Source: Convolutriloba macropyga
Taxonomy: Eukaryota
Direction: 5' to 3'
DNA: 64,000 bases
Assembly: GCF_964194025.1 (NCBI RefSeq)
Contig: NC_134468.1
Span: 22,878,001-22,942,000, forward strand
The translations under genes were made by a program, and so were the position numbers. The number at the start of each line of letters is the position of its first letter. Position 1 is the first letter of the stretch. The notes beneath the pieces were generated by a model. That model searched no databases. It was not told the DNA's origin and was given only the letters and a program-made list of their open reading frames with translations. Of this stretch, positions 1 to 11,119 are shown piece after piece.

Positions 1-784
1 TGAACTGTTTTGTTAACACTTTGAAATTCCTATAACTTTTCAATCAGCCTATTTGTTAATTTTCTAACTTTGTAGTTTAGAAAAACTCTATTTCCTGGAA
101 AGGTAAAGTTGTACTGTTCACTTACGGTAGTTTGATAAAGTATTCAAACTGATTCAGGAGCTCGAATTTCGTCGAAAAGGAGATTAGAGATTATATGTTT
201 TTTCTTGTAGAGTCCGAACGAATAAACGAATTTTTCCATTTAGTTCAATTCGATCTTTACTTTTATCACGTTTTTCATAAGTCTGAAAGTTCATTTCATT
301 TGTAGTATTAAGATTTCACTCACAACTGCAAATTGAAAGCCTGTCATATCTTGCTTTCTCCAAGTTTACTCTTCGCTATTTCTTGTCAACGACGTTAAGT
401 TCCATTGCCTTGTTACTCGATTTTTGGCTTCAGTGGTACTTCTCAACTAACAACCTCTTCAGCTTACACCAAATTTCTAGTCAATATTAAGCAATCTTCG
501 AAACAAACAACTGAGATATCTTGAAAGTAAGTCGAAAATTGATTATGATTTAGGAAATCGTCCTTTAAATGTGAGTTAGTGTCAGAGAGGGAGAGTAGAA
601 CATCTATTGATAAACATATATTTGACGAGAACCTAATCAAAATTTGAATAATAGGACCATACAGAGATCATCAGATTAAATAGAAACCCAAAAGAATTGT
701 TCAAGCCGACAGAAAGCAGTTTTGAATTTGTAAACAACGCTTTCATATTTCAAATACTTTGTCTACTAATTCAAAAGCATTATT

Positions 785-1285
785 TTCTTCAAGTTAAAAA
801 AAATTGTAGAAATGGTAATAATATATAGCGCTATAGGGTTTACTAAAGGGGTGAGATTTTTTGTCAAATTTCAAAAACTTTTACTATTTTACCGAGAAAT
901 TTAGATTTTTTTCTCTAAGAGAAAATTAATAACCAATATTTAAGAATCTCTATAAATATTTTTAAATTATTGAAGAGTATTAGTATGGACAGGGTTGAAC
1001 ATTTTCATCTATTGGTGCCTTGCAGAACTTCATCACAGTTAAAGATGTTGTGATCATTAACTTGATCTGTTTGCAAAACTCTGTTTTTTTCGCTCAGATG
1101 ATTTGCTTAAGCTCAGGTAAAGTTGTCCGATCTGATGTCCATTTCGTTTAACAATGTAAAATCTATTAGTTCCAACCTGTTTGAATCAAAACCAGTTCCA
1201 TCGTTCTCACAATTACGCTACTCTGATATTCTTATTAAGATATTAAACTTTGAAGTTAATTGAAACAATACGCAGTCAAGTTCTT
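785..1285 (+). repeat. Diverged ~500-bp direct repeat, copy 1 (copy 2 at ~15941-16420)
   Basis: Collinear blocks: ctaaaggggtgagattttttgtcaaa vs ctaaaggggtgaaattttttgtcaaa; ccttgcagaacttcat vs ccttgtagaacttcat; gttgtgatcatta; tttgaatcaa; ttgaaacaatac vs ttgatacaatac. Confidence 0.8.
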
Positions 1286-1406
1286 TTTTCTATTTGGAGA
1301 TTTTTCTATGTTCGTTTTTTTGAAACATTAGTGAGTAGTTTTCACATCGAAAACCTGGTCTTTGCCGATATCGGGGTTTAGCAATTGGTTTGAAAATTTT
1401 AGTCAA

Positions 1407-2570
1407 ATGACTAGAAATTTTTTAAGCAAAATTTACAAAGAAAAAGTTAAGGAGATCAGAATTCAATGTTATCGCAGTTTTGTTAACAGATATGACAACC
1501 AAATCAGTGCAGATCAATGAAAATGAGCGTATTTACTACTTTTTTCTTGATTTCAACGATGACGTTGCGATAATCAAAGAGAGAAGAATGGAACATGATT
1601 GAGAGTCGAACCAATGATGGTACTTCCGCGCGTTCTTTTGGAGAATATTACTTCAATTCGGTTAAAAGAGGATGTTGAAATTGACTACAAACAGTTTACA
1701 GTCGACTTCTACCAGAATCGAGAAGATGTGTTACAGTCGGTGGTCTCAGACAAAAATCCAATGAGCAGAGCAGTTCGTGCTCATTTCTGCGAATATCAGT
1801 TGTGCTGTAATCCTTTATACGAGAACCAGGAAGGTTTTTTCCGAGATGCTGAGTCAATCAGATTTATTTGGTGTGTCAATGACGATGAGACAGACTGCGC
1901 CGAAAGCAACGAAGGAGATTGGGCTGATGACTCCTTATCTCCAAGTGTCTTTGGTAATCATAATATCGACATTGAAAAAGGAAACCGAGACCTCACAACA
2001 GTCAAAGAAACCCCACCTAAACAACTTGGGGATTACCAAACTTATGCTCCTAAGAAATCCAATGAGGTTGTTAAGTCGATTTCACATAGAGGACCTGCTA
2101 AACGTTCCCTTACATATGATAAGGTCAGCAATTTGAAATCCTTGTGGTTAAATCTTGAGTCGGAAGACAGTAATCAGAGAAGTCACCCGATCAGACAAGA
2201 AAAGGAAAAGCAACCCAAAATCGATTCTCCAGTTGTGATTGATTTGACTGGAGAGAGTGATGATGAAGTGGAAATGGCTCCAAACTCTAATGAGAGTTCT
2301 ATGGACTCAGACAAAGAGAATCGAGAACCCCAATTTAGTCGAGAGGAAGATAATTCGCCTCCTCCGCCCCAAGAGCAGTACCTTTCGTCAGAGAAATTGG
2401 AGACGCCATTAGCGTTGTTGAATGCTCCCAAAAAAAGAGTCTTCAAACGGAATTATCAAAAACAAATCAACAACAACAATAGCGACGGAGACGATGAAGC
2501 CGAGACGGAAAACTACTGCGTGCCACGTAAATTGAGACGAGTTCTAATTTTTGACTCTGATAGCGATTAG
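1407..2570 (+). pseudogene. Polinton accessory protein with a long acidic, disordered, motif-rich C-terminus; 5' part frameshifted
   Basis: 323-codon open frame at 1599-2570 (TTG start) plus upstream ATG fragments from 1407 in other frames. Contains PVVIDLTGESDDE, DKEN, AKRSLTY, KKRVF and RKLRRVLIFDSDSD. Confidence 0.55.
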
Positions 2571-2724
2571 AACATCTTTATGATCAAACACTTTTCTATA
2601 CTTTGTCTGTTAGTCTTTGGAATTTTATGTTTTCAGTTTCAATTTTGATAATCTTATTTGTATAGGGTACTGATAAACTTAAAGTTGAAAGTATTTGAGT
2701 GCAAGACTAAATTATTTATTAAAT

Positions 2725-3111
2725 TTATAAGTAACCAGCGAAAAACTTCATTAATACAAAATCGTTTACATACAAATTTTTCGAATTACAGTATAAACTA
2801 TATGCAAGTTAAATACAATATAAATCACACAAATCAGAAGTTTGTAGAGTTTTGTAATTCATGTGAATGACTTTACGAATTGCGTGAAGGTTTTTATAAG
2901 TAGTAATTCTGTTTCCGAGGCTGTCTCCAAAATAAATTTTTCCATTTTTGTTACCCAGCATAATCCAATGAGTACCAGAACTATTGGAATTTTCCGAATT
3001 AACTATACAAAATTTGTTTTTTGGAACCAGATCAGCAGGGAAACATCACAGGAACTTGTACTTGAGTTGAGGAGATTGGGAAATTACTTTTGAAAGTTGT
3101 GAGCTATCCAT
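2725..3111 (-). pseudogene. Adenain-like (C5 family) virion maturation cysteine protease, two in-frame stops
   Basis: Manual translation: MDSSQLSKVISQSPQLKYKFL*CFPADLVPKNKFCIVNSENSNSSGTHWIMLGNKNGKIYFGDSLG...LQTSDLCDLYCI*LAY. His (GTHW), Asp (FGDSLG) and Gln/Cys (Q..LC.LYC) motifs present; ATG overlaps the MCP stop. Missed by the ORF track. Confidence 0.92.
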
Positions 3112-4330
3112 GCTTTGTAACTTCACCTGTATTCTTTATCAAAACAGTTGTCAACTTCTCTCCATTAATCATAAGTTCAACTGTCTCTTTCAAATTTTCA
3201 CTGAAGTACAATTCTAATCTCAATCCAGCAGCGATTTTATCTGGATAGTAGAGCTCCACGTTGGACTCCTGCATTGATGTTAGATCAACGAAAAGGAGAT
3301 AATGGTCAGGATAATTTTCAATTTTAACATTTGGTCCATTCTCCTTGAATTTCAAAGCTTCCTTAGCAGTAATATAAGGACAATAGTCATTAACACAATT
3401 CATTTCAACTATAGTCTGATTTCGTTGCACAATTCTAACTTCTCTCAGACCAAATTTCTGATAATGAAAAGGATTCTCTTGCTTGTTTCCTGTGAAAGCA
3501 CTGTTCTCATTCATAACAATTCCCAATGACCGAATTGGTTCGTTGTTAAAAACATTTTCTTGGATAAACTGATTTTGACCACGAGGAATTATATAAGTCT
3601 TTGGGACTTGTTCGAAATAATCAGATCGTGCTGGTTCAACTGCTAGGGTTGACTTTGTTTTTCTGAAATAACTTTCTTCTACAGCAACTTGTTTCGTAAA
3701 AATTGATGCTTCAATATTACTGGCTTGAACGTTATCAGAGATCAAGTAAAATGATGGACGTGAGCAAATAAGTTTAATTCTGACGTTAACGTTTGATAAA
3801 AGTAACTTATCACATGTGAAAATATCCGCATGAAGACGTCCATAACAATTTATTTCCTCTTGGGATTCTGTCTTTTTCCGCTTTTTAAAAGCTTCATCAT
3901 CAACGTCATTTGTTTGCTCCTCGTATAGATAACGCTGGCACACTGATATGGAGTCTTTAGTACCCTGTGTTTCAGAAAAATCATTTGAAAGGAAAGACTT
4001 CTGAGAATATGAACCGTTAGAACTGTACACCTGTTCGTTGTTGAAATAGACTTCTAGGTTAGGGAATAAAGAATGCATTATGTTGTTAACCATAATAGTG
4101 TTGTCAGCCTCCGATACTGATTGATTCCCGTCTTTTAGGAGTTTGAATTTAAGGGAAAGAAAAGTGTCGTAAAGGTTTAGGAAAACATTTTGATCAGTTT
4201 CAATATGAAAGTCGATACTTGCTTCATTAAGAGAGTTCACTGGAAAAGTTTGCTGCCTATTTGACAATCAAACTGGTTCCAAAATTGGAGCTTTTTCAAA
4301 AAAATTGAGACACGTGTGAGAAACTGACAT
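3104..4330 (-). pseudogene. Double jelly-roll major capsid protein (Polinton PY/hexon-like), one internal stop at 4268-4270
   Basis: MSVSHTCLNFFEKAPIL...*...FPVNSLNEASIDFHIE..FLNL; NNIMHSLF..LEVYFN; GRLHADIF..DKLLL.NV.VRIKL; AFTG..ENPFHYQKFGL. Sits between the protease and the core/penton genes. Confidence 0.92.
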
Positions 4331-4719
4331 GATCAATCTTGAAATTGCAAAACAGATCAGAGCGACCGTTCCCTTTGCGTGAATGTTTGCGAATGGTTTA
4401 TTGCGCTCTTTTTTTGCGTTTTTTAGATTTTGTAGCGGACCTTTGTTTACGTTTCCCTCCACATATCTGTCTACGAAGTGTAAATGAAGCCAACTTTTTC
4501 AGAGTATTTCTAACAGAACTTTTACCCGATACAACATTTTCGATCCCTGGTACCGTTGATTCAATTAGATCTCGTCCAATTCGCTTAGCTGCTGGAAAAA
4601 AAATATTTTTTCAGAATAGGAAAAGCGGTACGGGCAACTGTTCCAGCAAATGCTCCAAATCTTCTTCCTCGTTGACGAGGTACTCCGCTGAAATGTGGTA
4701 ATCAGTTGTAGACAACCAT
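4330..4719 (-). pseudogene. Small basic Polinton core/membrane-active virion protein (pX/pVII-like)
   Basis: Manual translation: MVVYN*LPHFSGVPRQRGRRFGAFAGTVARTAFPILKKYFFPAAKRIGRDLIE...RRQICGGKRKQRSATKSKKRKKRAQ*...RSDLF. F.G..RQRG.xFG motif, amphipathic helix and K/R-rich tail, in the usual slot between penton and MCP. Confidence 0.8.
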
Positions 4720-4734
4720 TTCATGTACTCACTC

Positions 4735-5565
4735 TCAAGAAAATAGAGCTCCTCGTCTGCGGAAAATTAGTGTCAGCCTTGTTACTCCCACAGAGACGAA
4801 TGGTATAAGTTCTCCAGTTTGTGATCTCAGTTCAATCCTCATTGAGTGAATTGAATTTTTCAAGAGTCTTCGACACTGTAAGTTATCAAATCGCGCATTG
4901 TTCAATGTTTTAATGATAGAAATTCTATCATGAGAGAGCCTTTGTTCGAACGGAAAATTCCTTAATATTGGGGCTTGTGTGTCACCAATCACGGAGTACT
5001 CGACAATGTCAGTGTAAACCATGATTGAATGAATTCTCATGATATCCGTAGGGAAAATACTTGTGCTAACAGTATTGTTCAGGATTTGATAGGCAGGAAA
5101 ACCTAATATACAGTTGAGATCAGGGTTTCCAAAAACCAACAACGAGTCTTTGTGAGGAAGTATAAAGTCCATTTTTCGTGTGATTTGGATTACACTCCAG
5201 TTCAGATTGAAATTTTTCTTATTTCCCTTCCAATTCTTCTTCAGGTTTTCATCCAGAGCAATAAGTGTTTGATCGGTGGACTGATAAAGTCCCGGTTCAA
5301 TTGTACATGATATAAACTGATTAAGTTCATTTTGTAAAACGTAATGATTTGTCTTTTGGTACTTCTCGTTCTTGTGAATGTACTAGAAGTTTCTTTTTGT
5401 TATGTTATTTATAAGAGATGGGTATGATATCTCAAGCAAGGCAACTTCCCAATCTCCTTCAGGATTTAATTGTTCTGGTAAACAGTTGGTGAATGCAGAT
5501 ATTGAGTTCTGAGGATAAATTTCAGTGGAAGCAGTAGAAACCAACTCGACGATAAAACTACTCAT
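4735..5565 (-). pseudogene. Minor capsid protein (penton, single jelly-roll), interrupted
   Basis: N-terminus FIVELVSTASTEIYPQNSISAFTNCLPEQLNPEGDWEVALLEISYP; C-terminus MVYTDIVEYSVIGDTQAPILR...IELRSQTGELIPF...LTLIFR. Both are characteristic of the Polinton mCP. Confidence 0.92.
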
Positions 5566-5582
5566 TTTTAAATGACGTTCTG

Positions 5583-6523
5583 CTACTCCTGTTTGTAGTA
5601 TTTTCCTTTCATTTGTTTGCTTGTTCCCAAATTTTCTAACAAATATGTCGAAACTGGTTGAATTGTAGCTAACTTTTGCACACAGAATACTTCTTCTATA
5701 AATTGTGCTTTGTATCCCTTCCTAAAAGAAAAATTATCGAAGGCAAGTCTTATTTTGTCTCCAATTGTAAACTTCGGTTTTCTTTTCTTCGGAAGTGACC
5801 GATTGCTATACAAAACTTGAAGAAAATTTTCATTTTTAACCAATTCTGGAGGTATACCCGTGCTTCTGTTTGTACGTGAGTTCATCGTTTTTACAAATTA
5901 ATGAAGAACTGGTAGTTACTTTTCTGTTTTCTTCTCCTCCATATAACGTTACAAAAGGTTTTTTAATGTTCTAAGGTAGCGTTCTGCCAAAAGTGCTTTT
6001 TTTCACTGTGTATACTGTACACAGTAATTCCCGCATGTTCACAAAAGTTCTTGAAGTCTGCTAAGAATTCTTTTCCGTTATCTATCCAGAGTTTTTTTGG
6101 GAACACAAGACTACTATTTTCGGAACAAAGTTTTATAAAGCAGGCTTTGGCACTCTCTGCACTTTTAGTTCTCATTGGACCAACCCGAACATATCGAGAA
6201 AAGAGGTCTACGATGACCATGAGATATTTTATACCAGAGTTGGAACTAGCTACTTTATCAACTTGAGCCAAATCCATACATCAAATTTCATTTTTATAAC
6301 GTGAGTGAACTCGAAGTCTTTGGTGTCGACGTTTAGCTTCTTTATGCTTAGTGTACGAGTCTTCGGACTGTAGGAATAATTCAACTTTTGCCTTTGAATG
6401 TCCGCTTTTTTTCTTTAGATTTTCACTAGATCCATACGCAGCTGCACCTTTTCTGTAAATTTTTAACAGTTTGATTCGGTCAGAAAGAGAAAGAGATCCA
6501 TTTTTCTTTCTTCTGCTGGACAT
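5583..6523 (-). pseudogene. Polinton retroviral-like (rve/c-int) DDE integrase, stops and frameshift
   Basis: AAYGS..NL; FLQSEDSYTKH; EI*CMDL (W to stop); KYLMVIVDLFSRY; PKKLWIDNGKEF; MNSR.NRSTG.PP; PKFTIGDKIR...FRKGY...EEVF; KGKYYKQE. No chromodomain visible. Confidence 0.93.
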
Positions 6524-7004
6524 TTTTACTGGAGATAAGAGAAGTCGGTAAATTCATCTCACTTAAAAAGTTCTCGTGTAAAGCTGTTATATCTTTTCTT
6601 TGCGATCGAATTGCATTGATGAAGGCTATAACACCAATTTCTGTATCTACGTTGTTTACTACGGTTGTACGACTATTAGAAATTTTAATGTTTGGAGAAT
6701 TCAGAAGTATTTCGAGAATCTGTTTTTTATAGTAGTCTTTTCCGATTTGTGAAGCGAAGAAAGTATGGATTTTATCTGCTTTTTCAATAGATTGAGAATG
6801 GTTTACTACCTCTCCAGGTTTCTCCTGTTCCTTATTTTGAATTTTGTTGTTATGTTTGAAACCACCAAACAAACCATCCGTCGGAAAACTAGGGTTCATT
6901 TCAAGAGATTGCTCTGTCTTCTCCAGGTAGTTTTCCCAATTAAATTGAGGTGCTAAAACGAACTTGTGAATCTTTTTGTCCATAAAATCGGAATTAGACT
7001 TCAA
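6480..7004 (-). CDS. Polinton hypothetical protein between the integrase and the small helical virion-associated ORF
   Basis: 174-codon ORF overlapping both neighbours in the tightly packed viral module; no family recognised. Confidence 0.6.
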   Translation of the reverse strand: MKSNSDFMDKKIHKFVLAPQFNWENYLEKTEQSLEMNPSFPTDGLFGGFKHNNKIQNKEQEKPGEVVNHSQSIEKADKIHTFFASQIGKDYYKKQILEILLNSPNIKISNSRTTVVNNVDTEIGVIAFINAIRSQRKDITALHENFLSEMNLPTSLISSKNVQQKKEKWISFSF

Positions 7005-7302
7005 ATTCTTTAATCAGCTGATTTGCTATTAGTTCGATAAGCTCTATGCCTCTGTGAGAAGCCAAGAGAAATCTTTTCTCCCGGAGCAGTGTTTTCTTAG
7101 ACAAAAGTTTTTGGAGATTGTTTTCGTAATTTACAAGATCCTGTTTTCGTAAATTTTGAAAATGACCTTGAACTATGTTCGCACAACACTCACAAATGAA
7201 TCTAATCAGTTCCTTGGAACAATTTTGGAGGACAATTTTCTGGAGGTTTGGTTCGAGTTCGATGAAAAGCTTCAGAGTAGAGTAGTTTTGTTTGTTGATC
7301 AT
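6994..7302 (-). CDS. Conserved small helical Polinton/adintovirus protein (so-called cupiennin-like ORF) downstream of the ATPase
   Basis: LQNCSKELIRFICECCANIVQG...LLSKKTLLREKRFLL..RG motif pattern and gene position. Confidence 0.7.
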   Translation of the reverse strand: MINKQNYSTLKLFIELEPNLQKIVLQNCSKELIRFICECCANIVQGHFQNLRKQDLVNYENNLQKLLSKKTLLREKRFLLASHRGIELIELIANQLIKEFEV

Positions 7303-7940
7303 CGATTTCAGTTATTCGAGCGCTACTATTCGGTAAGAAAAAAGTTGCTGGAAATGATGTACTATCTGTAAAAAATCGTATACCGTCTGGTGTTCTCGGA
7401 CTCAAATCAATCATCAGGTGTCCATATGACGTTCGAGTAGATGCATTATACCAGTCAACCAGTTGTTTTCCCAAACCTAACTGCTTTGCCAAAACTCCAA
7501 TTTGTTGCACGTCACGAGGTGATTTGAAAAGAACTATATGAGTGTTCTGCAACTATGGGACTTTTGTGAAATAGGTTATGTTTGACGTAAATACAGTTGA
7601 TCTTTTTGTGCCTTCCAGCAGTAGCGATTTTTCGAATTCCTTCGTTTTTGTGATTTCATCACAGGAATCATCAAATATTATAAGATAATTTGTTCCATCA
7701 TTTGGTAAGGAGTTTGTTATTCCAAAATCCAAGCAGGGAACAAACTCTAGGTTTGGTGTTTTACGAATCATCTGATCATAGAGCGGTTGATGATGCTGAT
7801 AGAAAAAAAGAATTTTTATCAAAAAGAGGACAGAAGGTTCCACTCATGAGCATCTGGTAAATCAAATAACTTTCTCCAGATCCACTGGGACCTACGAGAC
7901 ACATAAAAACTCTTTCTTTGGTAGAAATAACTTTATTCAT
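7202..7940 (-). pseudogene. A32/FtsK-like genome packaging ATPase
   Basis: ATG at 7940: MNKVISTKERVFMCLVGPSGSGES (Walker A with K to E); Walker B YLIIFDD; LQNTHIVLFKSPRDVQQIGVLAKQL; YGHLMIDLSPRTPD. Frameshifts and stops. Confidence 0.93.
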
Positions 7941-8390
7941 ACTGGAGCTCGCGCGACCGGACGTAGTTAACTTAATGTCGGCGGGCGGTACCGACAGGAT
8001 TTAAATAACTACAAATGTGAATTAGGGACCAGGTTGTGGAAAAACGTAACCAATGCACCACGTCAACGCTGAATACCACATTGTTCTCTCATCACAACTA
8101 TCTGCTAGAATAAGTCTTGTAATGCTAGTAGTGACAAGTGCAGTGACAAGTAGGCAATTGAAGACAAAGTACAAAACCGATCGCTGAATATGTTGTCCTT
8201 TTTTTGTCCAAGGTTTTTGTTCTTGTGCACCAGATTAAAATAAAATGCTTTGTACTCCGTCACAGTCAGGAACATCAATCAATACTTTTTTTGTGACCAA
8301 CTGAATGAAAGAAAAACATTATCGAAGAATGAATTAATGTGATACAGTTACATCAATTGAAGTACATTCTTACACTATCACATTATTAAT

Positions 8391-9008
8391 TCAGTTTACA
8401 AATCGAGTTCCCTTTCTCAAATTGATGCTGTAGAGTCCATAAAGATGTGCCCTGCGTTGTGCACAGTGATCGACAATGTCTGCATGCTCTCTTGGATATG
8501 ATGAGCATTCACCAATGAAATTGGATTGTTTAGAGATTTCAGTAGCAATATTTGTTGCCTCAGGACAATTAATTGAAATCAAGTCGTAAATATGTCTGTT
8601 GAAAACTTTTTCGACAATTGTACAGTTCTCAATTCCTTTTGTGAAGAACTTCATCTGAGATTTGTGAAAGACGTATTCAGATCTTTTTGTTTTGGACGCA
8701 TCTAAGATATTATTCATAAACATATACCATGCTGCACTTGAAAAGTTTTGAACTTCGTAACTTCTATATTCGCAAATCAAATCCAGGACATGAGGTAAAT
8801 AATTGTACGGTACTGTATCAGAGTTCCATTCAAGATTCTGTCGCTTTTCAGTCAAGTACTTGCATCGTTATCTGTCCAAGATTTTATGGTTGAAAATGAG
8901 TACGGTTGTTTGACTGCAAGTCCAATACATATCCCATTTCGATATAACCCCATTTCGTTAACAACTCCATTTGTAAATCTCTATTTCCACGACAACAGCT
9001 TGACTCAT
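8391..9008 (-). pseudogene. Polinton accessory protein, DEDD/RNase H-fold (Maelstrom-like) nuclease candidate
   Basis: Pattern VVVEIE (N-terminus)...LEWNSD.VPY..L...FTKG.E....E......DL....CP...C..Y...H....HCAQRRA matches a recurring Polinton accessory family as I recall it; the fold assignment is inference. Confidence 0.5.
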
Positions 9009-9097
9009 TGTAAAATTTGAGAATGATCGCTATATATCAATTTTATTATATATCCTCCTTAAAACTGTGCTTATGTATGCACAGTAAAATAAACCGC

Positions 9098-9433
9098 TCA
9101 CGTGACCAAGTCGACATTGAGACATTTAAATCTGTTGGAGAAATAAATATATCCAGGTCTTTTGGAGTAGTTTGTTCTCATAAAACCAGCTGCATCGTGC
9201 AAAACGGCGTGCAGGTTGAAATTCTTAAAGTTACCGAAAATGTTTTCCAATTTTGAGTTTCCGATACCTATGATCCCTCCAAAAGGAGCTCTTTCCTTAA
9301 CTACATCGAGGTCAACACTTGGGTCATGTGAATAACAAACTGCTAAGAAGTAGTTTTTTCGTTCCGTGTTATCTGCAAAAATGTCTTGTTGTTTAATTTT
9401 CTTTTGAATTTCGATTATTTTTTCCAGGTTCAT
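9098..9433 (-). CDS. Small HD-motif protein (PLA2-like candidate)
   Basis: PFGGIIGIGNS...FNLHAVLHDAAGF...RPGYIY: glycine loop followed by a helix with a His-Asp dyad. Confidence 0.5.
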   Translation of the reverse strand: MNLEKIIEIQKKIKQQDIFADNTERKNYFLAVCYSHDPSVDLDVVKERAPFGGIIGIGNSKLENIFGNFKNFNLHAVLHDAAGFMRTNYSKRPGYIYFSNRFKCLNVDLVT

Positions 9434-9681
9434 TGCGAGATCCCAACAGCTTGAGGGGATAATTTAACCTCTGATGATGGTATTTTTAAAGTTTTCACAA
9501 AACGAGTAAGCTGATTGTACTCATTGATTCCAAGTGTTAAAAAATATTTGGACTCAAAATGATTGTTTCGGTGTAGGAAGAGTGAAAGTTTTATTTGGTT
9601 TGCCGTAGAGTCTGATTCAATTTTGAGCAATCTTCGACCGTTGGATATGGAAAATTCTTCAGTTGGTAGTAAAGTTACCAA
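9430..9681 (-). CDS. PC4-like ssDNA-binding domain protein (probably a fragment)
   Basis: Beta-rich run IKLSLF...FLTLGINEYNQL ending in a helix, resembling the neighbouring ORF and the PC4 fold. Confidence 0.4.
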   Translation of the reverse strand: MVTLLPTEEFSISNGRRLLKIESDSTANQIKLSLFLHRNNHFESKYFLTLGINEYNQLTRFVKTLKIPSSEVKLSPQAVGISQ

Positions 9682-9830
9682 ACAATTTTAAGTGGGAAAA
9701 CTCGAGTTGATTAACGTGACGTAAATTTAACAAAATTTTTCCGTTCTCTCCAATATCAATCATACTACTTTAAACTGAAGTTACTTACAAAATGACAAAA
9801 ATAAGGAAACAAGACAATGAAAAATATGTT

Positions 9831-10545
9831 TTACTGAGTTTGTTGCGAGTGTAGTGCGGTAGACCTAACTTTTTCACGTACAAGTTCTGCCATCACTAGT
9901 TCCGTTTTCTCGTGCAATTGTTCCAGCTCCTCCCATTTGATGCTAAGAACTCCTTTTCTTCTATATTCATCTAATGGGGCAGCTCTTGTATACAGGCGAA
10001 TGCTGAGGTCGGTTTTTGTCAAGCTCTCTCTATCGTAATAAATAGAACCCACGCTTATTTTTCTTCTCGGTGTCTGGCAAATCTCCCAATAATTATCCAC
10101 CAAAGCTCGGTGTTCTGTTGGAGTCACCGTCAGTGACCTATGTTCTTCTTCTTGTCGTATAGAATATGGATTGTGATTGAAGAATCCATCCCTCGCCTCG
10201 CGTGAAACATTTATCAGATGCGCAAGAAACTGACGGGTTTCGTTTATGGATAGTAGTAAAATCTTATGTAAAACTAATTGATCACATTGTTGGCGGTAAA
10301 TTTTGAAATGTATCCAATCAGATGGATTTCTCATGTCTTCGGTATGTTTAGGAACAGAAAAACGGAATACACATCATGGACAAGCAATAAAGTCCCAGAG
10401 AAGATGGCAGTGAGACGCATCCTTCAGAAATCCCACTTCTCGATACCTCTTTAGCACTGATAGTCCCAGCTGTTCCGATTTGTTCTTTTTCTCCTCGAGT
10501 AAAGGAAGGACTGTTTTTTGTTTTCTTGCAAGATTTTGAAGTCAT
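9831..10545 (-). pseudogene. Tandem PC4-like ssDNA-binding protein; probable N-terminal part 10348-10545 is out of frame
   Basis: Two repeats: IHFKIY...ILLLSINETRQFL and LSIRLY...RRKGVLSIKWEELEQL, compared with the PC4 consensus DIR.y...kKGisL..eqw..L. Confidence 0.55.
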
Positions 10546-11119
10546 TTTTTGATAAATTAGGTAACCTTTAAATTAGAACAGTTCAGTACAAAAGAAATAT
10601 CTAAAATGAATCAATTGAAAAATTTTTTAATGAGATCAATTGAAGCTTAAGTGAGTAATATTTGTTCTAGTCTTAGTAGTACGAGTAGTAAATCCAACAT
10701 TTGGGTTAGTCATTCTATCACGCGACTCTTATTCACGTGGTTAAATGAAATGATTCAACTTGTCACGTGCAACTTGTACGTGATAAATAGGAGTGTACAT
10801 ATTGTTCAGTTTAAATAAATTTTCCATTTTTTCAACTTCCATCACAATCCATAGTACTGAATCTGTTAAACAGAATCTAAAAATAAGATTGTTTGACTTC
10901 ACTGAAAAAAAAAAGATTTATGGCTGGTGGTGATGAATCCTGTTTCCCCAGAATTTTACTTGAAACATCTAAGAAATTCTGTTCTCATTTGCCTGACAAC
11001 TGAAGTGAGTCTTAACCACTTTAAAAATTTCGAAAGTTTAACAATTTCGAAGGAAGAAAAGTGAACTATCAAATCCTCCGATTGATTGTAAATATCAAAT
11101 TTTTCTCATCGATAGTAAC

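Noticed and set aside
1-780. Possible decayed minus-strand ORF at the window start
   Set aside because: Multiple stops in the frame examined and no recognisable motif
4339-4701. Plus-strand 120-aa ORF and other antisense ORFs over viral, lipase, EED and CRE genes
   Set aside because: Shadow frames of real genes on the opposite strand
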